Shown here: piece after piece, positions 48,887-61,700 of the stretch | Layout: each line of letters starts with the position of its first letter | Numbering within the stretch: position 1 is the stretch's first letter | NCBI GenBank assembly: GCA_030704615.1 | Contig: CM060733.1 | Span: forward strand, 15,128,001-15,192,000 | Direction of reading: 5' to 3' | Source: Takakia lepidozioides | Lineage: Eukaryota > Plantae > Bryophyta | Length of the DNA: 64,000 nucleotides | The notes under the pieces: model-generated | The model's database searches: none | Told to the model about the DNA's origin: nothing | What the model saw: only the letters and a program-made list of their open reading frames with translations | Position numbers and translations under genes: made by a program

Positions 48887-49710
48887 GTCTGTTCTGGGAA
48901 CTCCATGTGGACCTTTCCTCTGATACATAGGTCATCCTTGCAGACATCTCAGTACACCATGAGTACTACGCCCTCAGGGCATGTCACAGCCAGCAGGTAC
49001 AGGGAGCAGTCATTGAGTTCTTTTTGGTTTCTCTTAATTGTTTGTTGTCCAATGACTTACCTCTCTGTTTTCAGCTGACCGGATTATTATATATAACTAA
49101 ACTCTCATTGAAGATCAACTATTTGACGGAGAGAGGAGGGTTCTTAATGCCAGTGTTTTCCTAGCGCTTGGTATAATGCAATCTTGACACTCAAATGTTA
49201 TTAGCAGGCGTGTTCGAGAAGTATGGGACTCGAAAATGGACCTGCTACGAGAGACAGGGAAGCAGGTGGTCCAGCAATTGCCAGAGGCCACTACTGCAAG
49301 TGCACCCTCACAGGAGCTTCATAATAACTTCCCGTGATTATGTGCTTGATTGGTTTGGTCTTGTTTTGATCCCCACGTGGTGCAATCTTCAAGGGGCTTT
49401 TACAGAAACTTTTGTTTTGTTCTCCAAAAGTTTCACGGACTCCACCCTTGGCACAGCCAGCTGCTGGGTCTCATCCAGCCAGTGCCCACCACATATCCCA
49501 TCTACTGAATGACCAGCAAGTTGGGCAGGTCATCTCAATGAAGGAATCTGGCTCTGGACAGCGGTCACATTTCAATCCCATTGTAGAAGCAAAACCTTGG
49601 TTTCCTTTATTTTCTTTTGCAGCAACAAGATTGGAGAGAGTAGATTGAAACTAGAGCAACCGTGACAAATTATCTCATCGAATGATGGAACATTTGCATC
49701 TTGTCCTTGA

Positions 49711-52700
49711 TCACGTCTTAGCTACTTGAACCAACAACTGTAGAGCTTGCCTACTAATAGGTGAGTCCTCAATCAGCTCTAGTTGATCCAAGTAGACATG
49801 ATTAGTGGCTGCCAAATGACAATAACGAGAAAGATACAAATGTAGCATGTAACAAGCTACCAAATCAGGCTGTCCAACCATGCCTATTCCATAGGCACGA
49901 TCTCGCAACTCTGTCAGTGCTAAAGTAAGCTCTGCCCCTGTTGTGGGAAGGTCAGGCAACTCATGCCTTCTAACTTCCTCCATCCTCCTAGGCCCACCCT
50001 CACATGCATTGATGCCAAGATTGGGGTCTGTGAAGACATCACGTGGGTCCTCGGTAAGATGATCAGTCCACCTGCAGTACCGAGTTCATTAGAATCTGAG
50101 ATGCAATCGAACATGAATGTCACATCTATCAAACACTAGGAAAGACTCTTCATGCACACAGAAGTAATGCGATAAACCTACCCATGCAGATGCTCATATG
50201 CTCGAAAATATTGAGCAGGAACATGAGAAGGACGGTAGCGGCCATTCTCATTGATTGATCGCACACGATGTGTGTTCCATACGTCAACATACTCTATCAC
50301 GGCCGCTCGGATAGATGGCAAGAACACGGTGAGGAAGGATTCCCGTTGCCATGGATCATCCATGTCCAATGTCCCTTCATTGCTTGGAAGCCATTTTTGT
50401 AGAAAAACATGACCTTCTCCCACAATTGCCTCCACCAATTCCCAATTCTCTGCATAGGGAAATTGCTTGAAAAATTATTAGAAGATGAGAGAGGCATGTT
50501 CAATGTGTGAGTTAGATAGCAAAGAGAAGAAAGGTATCCAACCCTGCCCCCATGATTTTCGGAATAAGTATGAGTCTTAAAAATCACAAGGTTGAATACC
50601 TGGTTATGTGTGGAGGATCCTCTAAAGAAGGGGTTGTGTACTTTTTGGCGCCTTTCCTCAATGTGTTCTTTGACAAGGTTATGCCCTGAGGCAAGGTCCG
50701 AGCGGATGTGCAATGGCACTCCGTACTTTGAGACTGCCTATCGGTACCCTATTGGAAAAGGAAACAACTCATATTCACACTCAATTAGCATATGCAACAT
50801 ACATTGATTAGCAAAGGTACAACATGACTTATTCATATACTGGCATTAAAGCAACCAAATAACTACATAGTTTCCATAGCTTATATAGCAAAACCGTTCG
50901 TGTAAAGACTACAGCAAATTGTCAAAAATCTGGAGAAAATGATCTATTTGACCATGTTAAGAAGATACCAGCAAATATTGTCTCTGCCTCCTTGTCGCGA
51001 GCCACATTAGCCCACAAAACAAAATGTGAAGTGTCATCAATGCCATCGTGCACTCGGACACCAAACATACACAATTTATCATAGGCTGTAAGACAATCAA
51101 GGAATTTGGAGTCAAGGAAGTGGCTCTACAAAAGAAGTTTATCCTGTATTATACATATATCCTATTGCACCTCTACAAACAGCCAAGAGCACTGCTGCAT
51201 TGCCTCAAGATGGATTCTAACAATAATTCCTCAATTGCACTCCAGCCTCACTAGAAACTAGAAACTCTGTATATGTGGCTAGAAAGATGCTATACACAAT
51301 TGAGTTATTGGTAGTCCCTAGCAGATTTTCTGGAGCTAATTATTAGAATGTTCAGATTCAGGTGGCGTTGCTTACTTCTTGCCCATATGTCATGGGCAAG
51401 GAGATGTTCTTTTTGAGCTAGACATATTGGGATACTTACTATTTGAGTGCAAAGAGGGAGAACACTTACAACCTATATGCCACAATGCCATGGGCATTGT
51501 GACACTAAGTCGTCGTTGTTCATAATGCACTGCTATCTAAGGTACTCCCAAAGTGGCATGGTTGCTCCATATTTGGCACACTCTTTGTCTAACTCTCTTG
51601 CCCGCAACTACCTGCTCAATATGTGCAACACCTCTTTTAGTTGTGAATTCGGGATTGCAAACTTACGGATCCAGACTAGACATGCCTACAGAATCATTCC
51701 AACATCACAGAATATCCTTTCGAGACTACAGATTCTTTGTCCCAAGGGTGGGGATTTGACAGAAAGGCGACGGCAGGTTCCTGGAGGGCTGTAGGCTAGT
51801 GTAAACAGCGCTGCTGCCATGGCTTTTGCTAGTCAATTTCCTTACTGAAAGTTGGTGGCATCGTTATCATTATTGAGGTCGGCACCATGACCATTTCGGT
51901 GTAGCTAGGATGGTCAATACTTACAGAGACACACTAATTTTAGAAGGGCAACTTATGGACGCTGCATTACGTTGAAAACCATCTTGAAGCCCTCTCTACC
52001 CATGTATGTCCCAAGGAATGTTCTCTCAGTGTTGGCTGCTCATAACAAAGAGAGAGAGAGAAATAGAAGCGCACAAAAAGGTCCCTAAGTTATTAGTTCC
52101 ACTTCGCAAACATGCAACGATGGATCTCCACTGGGGTATCTTCACTGACATTTGTACACCCAATATGGCTCCGAACCCAAGGCCATGGCAACGGCTTGGC
52201 GACATCATTGGGCCAAGAGCCCTGACAACAGAACTCAGTTAAAAAAACTAGCACTCTAAAATCCATTGTTATCGTTTGTTCGGATAATAGGTAGCTGCAG
52301 TTGAAGTGCCTTGCAAGTCCTGTCCAACATAAAGTAGGGAATTTCAACATGGGACCTACCGTCTACTACTACAGTGACAACGAACGGGACATTGAACAAA
52401 CATTGTCAACCGATTTTCTGATTACCTATGCAGATATACCCACGATGCCAGATCAATCATACTAAGTAGTGAGTGGGTGATGATGATAGAGAGTGTGGAA
52501 AATCTGAGCAGAATACAGGCAGATCCCAGGCATATTCGTGGACATCGGTGAAAGGGGAAGGCCAGCTGTGGCTCTTCCGTTACTTGTGGAAGCAGGCAAT
52601 GGCGGCCAGAGCTGTGCTGTGCTGTGCTGGGCAGGCGAGTGCAAACGTGGGATGAGTGTCACACATGCACACAATTACTTATGAGAGCAGGGTCCGGGAA

Positions 52701-53973
52701 GCTCACCATTTTCACGGCTGCTCAACCCTAGCTTAGCTGGAGATGGCTATGGCGGTGGGCCACTCCGCATCACCTGCCTGGTTGTGCACGTACCCAGGTC
52801 TTCCTGCCCGGTCATCGCCTTTCTCTTCTCACTCTGATCGTCTCACAGCTCTTGTGGAGCTTCCCTCCAAAATTTAAACCCATGATGCTCTGTAAAGTCG
52901 CAGGCAAGCCATCCAGTGGATGTTGAACTACGAGTGCGCTGGATTACAGGAGCCAATGAGCCCCTCAGCGTAGGCCGCCGCTCAATCCGCTTCCTAGCTA
53001 AGTTTTGCAGTTTTGCAGGAGAATCTGACTGTCATTCCTGACGCTCTCACACCTCCTTCCGCAGTGTCTTTACAGGGATTGAATGGTAGGCCACGGTAGG
53101 GCACATTCTTATTACCAAACCAGCAGCCTGTACAGAAGTAATTACTCCGCAAGTCATCTACTGTAGCCATGCTTTCCGTAACTATTGTTGCTCACCATTT
53201 TCACCACCATATCTGGTCAAACATGGTCAGTCTCGCCGACCCTCCACAGTACATCCCGTACAGGCATGGAATATTTGGTCGATTGACCCCATGTTTGTGC
53301 AGAGAATCATGACTATTATCACGTATGTACTAAAATTGCAACATAGAACTAGACACCTCCTCCATCGCATTTCCTACCATCTCGGATATTTGCATACAAT
53401 CTGAACGAGTAAGTTAAATCAACAGGATGAGAGGGGAGAAGAAAGCAAAGTGCAAGTGATGAATCGCTTCCTTGATGTACATAACTTATCATAAAAACGA
53501 CTGTGCGAGCTCGCTTCCTGCAAATCATTCCCTCTCTCTCCTCCCCATCATCACCACAAGACCTTGCATCATCATATTGGGCCCAGCCTCTCCATCGATT
53601 GACCTTGAAATCATGATTTCTACCACAAAATTACACAGACACACTTAGCCCTCCAGATCGGATCAACCCGGAGAAAGCATTTTTCTTATTGGCGAATTTT
53701 CGCCAGATTTCGACCTCAAAAACGGAATATTCTGTCGAACATTCCCTGTTTTTTAATGGATGAAATCGCCAAACCTCCAAATAAATTTTTTTTTATGGAT
53801 GATATCGTCTAATATGGATGATATAAATGGATTGAAGGTCAGAAGTGGATGAACAGAATGTACGGCTATATTTTGCAGAACTCTGTAGCCACTCGGTTTT
53901 CCAAATTTCGCCAAAAACACTGCGCTGCCGAGGATGTGGATGAAAAGGAAGACGTTACGGATGAACGTTAGTA
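49711..53973 (-). mobile_element. Decayed intron-containing integrase-core (IS3EU-like) DNA transposon
   Basis: RRLSVTMPMALWHI|GT (~51475); AVSKYGVPLHIRSD..GSSTHNQ|intron|RIGNWW..FLPSIRAAVIEYVDVWNTHRVR (50178-50745); right end has about 6 GGATGA repeats and ends ..GTTAGTA; left end not found. Confidence 0.6.
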
Positions 53974-54720
53974 CATCTCGCCACTGCATGATGGCACCGT
54001 CATGGCGATGGCGATGGCGATGTGATGGGATAGAGGGGGAGGGGGGGACGATAGTAGGTAGAAACGGACGGTAACATGACGCCGTTGGCCGTTCGGCGGT
54101 GGAAATGTACCGGGGACCGGCAGGCTGACGTGGAAAAGTAACGGAGACCGGCAGGCTGACGGGAGGAATCCGTCAAACTTGCTGTGAATGAGGAAGAGTA
54201 TGCGCGTTGAGAGGGGAGAGGCGGCATTAATAGCGCAGTAAAAAGCGTGGTCCGCCAGCAGACCATTGAAAAAGGAAGGAGAGAGAAGAAGTGGGGAAGG
54301 TTCTTAAGCTTGGTTGGCATGGTGGTGGCGATGGTAGGTGGTGCAGCAAATAATGGAGGAGATATGGGGTAGAAAGTATGTAGAAGGAAACAGTGCGGTG
54401 GCAGGGATGGGGCCCATGCATGTATGTAGAGCCGTCCACCAGCGTGATTGGCTATTTATTGCCTGTGTGGCTTCCAGGCACTGAATCGTCTGTCTGAGCT
54501 CGAGGGGAGGGGTGGTAGAGCGACGGATACAAGTGGGTTTTTATGCGGAGAACTATCTGAGGTTGGTTGTATGTGAAAGGAGTAAGCACAGGTGCAGAGA
54601 AAGGAGAGTCGACAGATTTGCATTTGTGTGGAACAGGGTGTTCAGGTAGGCAGGTCTGAGCTGCATCCGGTGGTGGAACTTGGTGATTAGGCTGCAGTGT
54701 GTGGGTAGTAGGAGAGGCAA

Positions 54721-56430
54721 ATGGCGGGAGGGCAGGGAAGAGGCAATGCTGGGGGGGCATTGGTGGTGCTTGGATTGTTAGCGTTGCTACAAGTGGCAAT
54801 GGCTGTAGACTATGTTGTGGGTGGAGCAACGCAATGGACATTTCCACCCGATGGGACTACAACCTTCTACAACAACTGGGCTAAGAAGAACACGTTTAAG
54901 CCTGGCGACAATCTAGGTGAGTCTACCTTGGACCTGGCCTTGAGCTGTGCTTGGCGTGGAGTCGGTGGGAATGTTGAGTTTCACTCTACCGGTAGCTACT
55001 GTCCACTGTGTCTGTTGATTTGGGCGCTTGCCTTATTGATGATGGGATCAACACATGTATCCCGAGCAATGACGGCTACCAGTCTGCATTTAAGGAAAAT
55101 GACATGTGAGGGGGGTAGGGGAGGAGTGCTCGTTCCCTGGTGGGAGAGGTAATGGGTAAACGTAACTTGACCATGACTATCTTAGCTCCTTAGAAAGAGG
55201 CGTGTCCTATAGTGCGTCCGGAGGCGGAGCTGATACCTAGTGAGGTTTGCATAGCTTCAGACTGGTTGAGCCTGAGGGAGCGACTGCCCCGGTAAGGCTC
55301 GATGGCGGTGATTGTCCGACTGAATGGCTTCAGGGTGGTGTTATAAGTGCCTTATTTCCATGGGTATTTGGGTGAATCTCTTCATTAGTTGCTGTATGGA
55401 AGTTAACATTGAGGATCTATCTTCCCAAGTCAGTGAATAGTTTGGAGGTGATGCCTGTTGAATTTATAAGGCCGCATCCTATGAGCTGCCCAGAATGAAT
55501 ATATGTATGTCGATTAGTGCGCACTTGTAGACTCTCAGGGTACCTTTCCACTAAGCTAGCTACTGGTCGCTTTGAACCGCTCTGGTGGAATGTGAGACCC
55601 TCCCCCACATCTACATTCTGGAAGGTGAGACACATTTATGTGAAAGCAGGTAGAGTCGCAATTTCCAGTGTCTTGTCTACCTGCACTTGCTGTTCAATAG
55701 ATTAGAAGAGATAATTCACTTGCTGCTTGTAATGCCCAAATCAATATCCCTGAGGCTGGTGTTTTCAATGAAAGATTTCTTCTGGGATGTTCTTGAAAAC
55801 TTGTCAATCATATCATGAAGAAATTGAGGTTGTGGCTTTATCAGTAATTGAATGATTCCTGATGCAGTTTTTGAATATGGAGTCGGCACCCACAATGTCT
55901 GGCAAGTGACTCAGGCCGACTACAGTACTTGCAACTCAAATGCGACGCCTATCAAACAATATGCATCAGGAAAGGATAGTGTGGCATTGCCTGCGGCTGG
56001 CACCTTCTACTACATCTGTGGATTCCTCAGCCACTGCAGTGCTGGCATGTTGATGGAGGTAACAGTAGGTGCTGGTTCAGCAGCACCTCCACCGCCCCCC
56101 TCTCCAGCACCCGCCACTCCACCTCCCAGCTCTCCCCCTCCCCCTCCCAAAGTTCCCGCTCCAGCTCCCAAGGCTACCACTCCAGCTCCCCCTCCCAAGG
56201 CTACCACCCCAGCTCCTGCCCCCAAGGCTACCACTACAGCTCCCGCCCCAGCTCCCAAGACGACTTCCCCAGCTCCTAGTCCAACCACAGCTGCCTCCAC
56301 CACCCCTACAGTAGCTCCACCAGCCCCGGCAGTCAATACACCATCTCACAGTGCAGCCTCGACCCTGCAATCTGGTGCAGGAATTGTACTGGCTGTTGTG
56401 GTTGTTATTTGTGGCAGTCTTCTCTGGTGA
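54721..56430 (+). CDS. Phytocyanin (uclacyanin-like blue copper protein) with AGP-like PAST domain and GPI signal; 2 exons (54721-54916, 55868-56430), ~252 aa
   Basis: Signal peptide; YVVGG..W..WA..F.PGDNLVFEY..HNV..YYICGFLSHCSAGM (His/Cys/His/Met ligands); PAPAPKATT repeats; hydrophobic C-terminus. Confidence 0.93.
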
Positions 56431-58754
56431 GGCCAGGTTTAGTTCTTGCCACGCTTCCAGTTCATAATTGAATCACTCCCAGCTGCCTTTTCAGTCTTGA
56501 TGCCTTAAAGAGTTACAACCAGCAGCCGGGGGAAAAGGAATCCAACTACTCCGGAGATGTTCATTGAGCATTAGAGGATGAGGTGATGCAATCGACATGA
56601 AGACTTGAGGTGGTCCTGTAGACACGATAGGTCATGTGGTGTTTTTCTTGGTGATCCTGTCATTTCTGAATACTGGAGGTTGTAGATTTTTAGGTGTGGT
56701 GTGCAGCTCCTTGTGGGGGGGGGCACCAGGCCTTTGGAACCATCCTCATAAGTGGGGTTGGCTGCATCTTTTTTTGTAAAACCATGGGGGGTCCAATTTT
56801 ATGTTAGTGCCCCTATTTTTACAGTAGTCACTTGAAATAAGGTCTGCTTTTCTACCAATCTGCAGATGTTACAAACAGATTCTCACCATGTTTGAGAGCA
56901 CACTGGCACAGATTCCTACCCTTAGTGGTGGACCAGCATTCTTTGTTGAGACAGTAAAAATCACAGACTCTTTTTGTCCCTGCTGGTATTGTGGTACTGA
57001 AAAATGATTAAGGTGCTGTTTGGAGTTCTGTTGCATGTCTTATGCCTTGTGAAACTTCTGTTACCTACACAGAAAGCTTCGAGTTAGATCCTCATGGAAA
57101 CTTGTAACTTGAATGAAGAAAAGAGCATCTGAAAAATGGGGTGATTCCACAAAACAAGGTTTCTTTCTTGGCTCTTGGGGATACTCGGAACTCTGTATAT
57201 GGAGTGAATGAGCGTACACCGGTAAGACAATTATCAAAACCTCCCGAAGGATAACCTGCTGTGACTTCGTCAAATTTGTTAGGTGTGGAGTGCTCTGGTG
57301 GATATTTGATGGATGGCTCACACCCTCCATCACTTCCGGACCATTGACCAGTTCGTAGGATTACGAACTGCACGGTTCAAAGTTGGAGGAACCCGAGGTG
57401 GCAGCACCTAGAGAGCCAGGTGTCCTCCACCATAGATCTCGGTGGGCGACAGATCAAAAACAGTGAAACAGTGCTTCACAAACATTCGAGTTTGACATGC
57501 ATTTCATTCCATTGCATAAGGCAAAAAAAGTTTCGGACATGACATCACTGAGGTACTGACAAAAGTTTACATGAGTGTGACTTAAAGAAGCGGAATTAAC
57601 TTAACAGCGTCTCACTAATGAGATACAAGAATTTGGGCTGTTTTTATGCTCTTTACACCCACAAGGATAGCTAATGACACTGAAACCTGGACAGACTGCA
57701 CCCAAAGAAGGTGTGCTGAATTCCCCAAAAGCAGACTAGGTGCTCTCGAGTACATATGGTCTCTCCTGATTGTGGGCCAAACAGTAATATGCAATTTGAG
57801 CGTGCTTATCAAGCTGAACTACAGTATTAGCCACCCAGTCTTCGGAGGGGGAAAACAATATTCAAGCTTTGTACAAACAGTCGGCGGATGATGGGTCCTC
57901 CTGAAGATATCCTGATGGGGTTTTACACGGGTATCACCGGTTAGTGGCAGTCGCAGGTAGCTGCGTGGCACGTAGCACGATCGGAAGTATAATCTATTGA
58001 TTCAAGTGGGTGAGAGGAAAGAAAGAGATTTGAACTGTGTTAACTGTGTTGGGTACATCACCACTGATTCTGTGGTGGTGGTACGACATCCCAGAGGAGG
58101 TAGAAGCGGTGAGCGGGGAGAACCTCGTGTATTGGATTGTGCTGGTTTTTGTTTTGTGTTTGTTTATCGAGATTGAGCTGAGAAGATCTCCGCATGGTTG
58201 CACCTGCCACGGTTCTTGGATTATCTTTGAATGAGGATGGGGAATGCGACAAGACGTCGGGTATCACACTCTTCACTGGCGTCAGTAGAGTGTTGTGGGG
58301 AAGTGATTTTCTACTTGAACAGCTCCACAGTTGTACAGGCACCCTACATGTTTTCAGCATGGCGACATATTCATGATCCCAATTACTTAGTGCGGGATCT
58401 CTGTGCGTAGAGGGCCTCTCTGATTTTTTTGATGGCGGGTGAATAATGCCTGAAGGCAGAGGAATGTATTGAGCCGAATTGGCGAAATTTCAATCAACAA
58501 ATTTTTCTTAAAGAGCAGCCCTAATTCCTTGGATCTTGCTCTTCATTCGGAGGATTCATGTGTTGGCAAAGCATCCTTCTTCGAAATCAATCACCATCCC
58601 AAGGGCAGCCAGTCGGGGAGTTAAACTTGTGTTAACCACGTCATCATACTAGGTTTTGAACGAGAGACAAGGTCGGTTTTGGTACCCCTATTGAAGAACA
58701 TAACAAGCTTGTTGGTGATAGAGAGCTTGCAAAGTCTTTGAAAGACAGACAGTT

Positions 58755-61700
58755 ATGGAGTCATTGCTCTTGAGGGCGCTCGAATCCACACTTCGGTACT
58801 GGCTGAAGACATTTGTCAGGGAACAATTCAAGCTGCGTGGCCGCAGCGTGCATCTGTATGATCTCGGTAATGTGTAATGGAAGTTCCCTTTTCCTTCGTT
58901 GTGATGTTGCTATGTGATGTTGCCACCGCACCAGTTGAATTTTGATAGAAAAAATATAGATTCTATGTGGTTGGCCTACTTACAGCAATGTCAGAGATCC
59001 TCTCCTGAGCCTGGTAGTCCTGTGTGGGCAACGAGTTTGTGAGCTGGAAACAAAGCTCATAACTTCTCTAACTATCCCAATTCTAGACTTACTCGTAACT
59101 TTGTTCATTTCCAAGTCCCTAGCCTCTGTGTCTGTTTCAATTTCTCAATCACCATGGAATTTGAAGGTTCAGCAGACCTATTTTGATAGGACATACATTG
59201 CCAGTAGCAAAGTCCTTTGACTGAAGCCTGTCACTGATAGAGCTTGCAACTGCGACCACTCACTGCTGCTTGGTTTCACTCCAGAGAAGCTGTTCTGAGA
59301 GAGAATTCAAACAGCCATTCTAGCTAAAGCTACAAAGTCAAAGTTAGCCAAGTGGTCACAATTGACGGTGGAGGAACATGTAAACTCTTTGTCAAAAAGC
59401 CTATTAAAACTTCACCCGAGGACCCCAGTGCTCCTTGGAGTGGGGAGCTGGAATTCTGAATCGTGGGGCACGTTCAAGAATGCGTATCGCTGTAGTTCCT
59501 CTCACTGGAACAGTTCCCGATCAATGCTGTGGAGACAGCAGCCATTTCTGGGTTTGGTATAAGCAGGCTAGAATGTAATTGTTTCTTGGCAGAAACCTAT
59601 CCACCTGCTTCCAGCCTATGCACTCTGGTACAAATCAGTCTGTATGGGATAAGTGCTAGTTGAAGCCCTTCCAGGTCTGCAGGCTGACTCGCTTGATTAA
59701 GTAGTAGCCGGTTGCTGTCTTTTCAAGATGTTGATGTTCGAATTTACACTGAAAGTAGATGCTAAATGGTGATATGCTGGAGCAGCCAGTAAGAGCATCT
59801 CTGGCACGCTCCTAGGGATTGCTCTACCAGGCTTCAAAGAATTAAGGAATTGTCTGCCCCATTTGCAGAGCGAAGACAAAAGTTAAAAGCACAAACAAAG
59901 TACTATTTGAACCTCTAATGATTACATCTTGTTGTGTGCAGATCTCAATGGAGATGTTCTACATGCAAGCATTGGCCTCCCGCCAACTTTGCGAGTAACA
60001 CAAGCCCGGGTTCGCAAGCTTGAGCTTAAGGTGCCTTTCTTGCTATCATGTTGTGGTCAAATCCACCGTGTGTCACTCACCTTATATCTTTGTTTAACAG
60101 AATGAAGCACCACAATTAGCGAGCAAGTCATCTTTAGTGGTGGATTGTTGCCATATCCGTATATTTGTGGTTTTGCGTCAGGAAGTTACAGCTAGGTGTC
60201 CATTCAAGAGGCACCCATGTTGTGCTGGCTGCGCAATGTTTGGAGGTAAGAAGAAAGTAAATGAGCTACACAACTTTTTTCGTTTGTTGAGATGGCAGAT
60301 ACCCTCACTCTCGAATGTCAACAAAGACCCAATTGTGGTCGAAATCGATAAGCTGGAGCTGATTCTTACTGAGAAGCTACCAAGTGATCTTGGGTACATT
60401 CCAGGGTAATTACTTGCGATTGCCTGCAGCTTTGGGAACTAGCTACACTCGTTGACTTTGTATTTGTCAGGAAAATTGTGGGGCAGAGAGATGTATATAT
60501 TCGTGAATATTGCCTGTGAGCCCACAATTGGTATGTATAAGACCCTTGCTGGTGTGCATTTCCAGGGTGAGTCTCAATTGGAGATTCTGGTAGCTCCCAG
60601 TGACAGATGGTTTTTAGGTTCATGATTTGATAATAGGGTTGGCTGACATCATAAAAGAAAGCATAATGTTGATTGGAGCCCCTCTTGTGGCGAAGGAAGA
60701 AGAAAGGGACAAACCACTTAAAGTTTTTCATGTATCACCACAAAAGTGGTACCAAAGTAAGAAAAAATGTACTTCCGTGGGAGGCCCAGAGGGGTACACA
60801 GTATGACTACAAGAGAAACCATAAGAATGTGTAAAAACCTTCTGGATTGGAGTGCCTGATCAGATCCTTGGATAATTATTTATAGCTGCAGGGGTACCTG
60901 CCTTGATTCTAGATATGAGAAACTTAAGTTGGTCTCCATGCAAAGGAAAGAGAAGAATCTATAACTCATCATAAACAATGTTGGATGCGCGTGCCTCTCC
61001 TGGAGCACACCCTAGCCTGACAGCGTCTCTGTGGATTTCACCGATTCTCGTCCCCATTCTCATTATAGTTCGAATGAACAAAGTAGGGGCTATGCCAGCC
61101 TGGAACTACTGTAGGTCTTGATTTGCTTCCCTATCATGGACTGTTTTACTGCAGGACCCTCCCCTCAGCCTCTTCTGGTAAAAGCAACAGCTATGGATAT
61201 TCTGACAAGGTGAGTTTTCCTCAGTGAGCCTCTTTTGACCATCTTGCTCTTCTGTTTCCTTCGAAAGGATGCAGTCTTTTGTGTGGCTTTGATTTTATAT
61301 TAGAACCCTGAAATGCCTTTCCACTAGTAGTTTCCCATATCTAGAGATGACTGTTGGTTATGCTGATGCTGCGTACGTTTCTTGGTGTTCTGTGGGTACT
61401 AATATTTCCTGTGTAAGAGAGGTTGATTTGGAAGTGATCGGCAAACCAGCTTGCAGATGGCATGACTGTACGGGTTGGTACTGTCAATCTCATGCTGGAA
61501 ACTCAGGGTGGCAGCAAAGGAGAAGCTGCTTGGTAGGTGGTTTTCTTTGTAGTTTGCCTTCCCTGTATTTGACTGATGTTGCTGTCTCAAGCTGTAGCCT
61601 GAATGTTTTCATTTGAAGTGCCTGGTTGTGAGATGGGTTGTCTGACAAGGCCCCGTACGTGGCCACAATATGTGATCGTGCTCTTGGTTGTAGTCTGTTC

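Noticed and set aside
56010-56370. Gly/Ala-rich antisense ORFs
   Set aside because: Mirror of the Pro/Ala/Thr-rich phytocyanin linker
57061-58376. Short ORFs upstream of the BLTP3-like gene
   Set aside because: No recognisable homology or consistent exon model; likely UTR or intergenic
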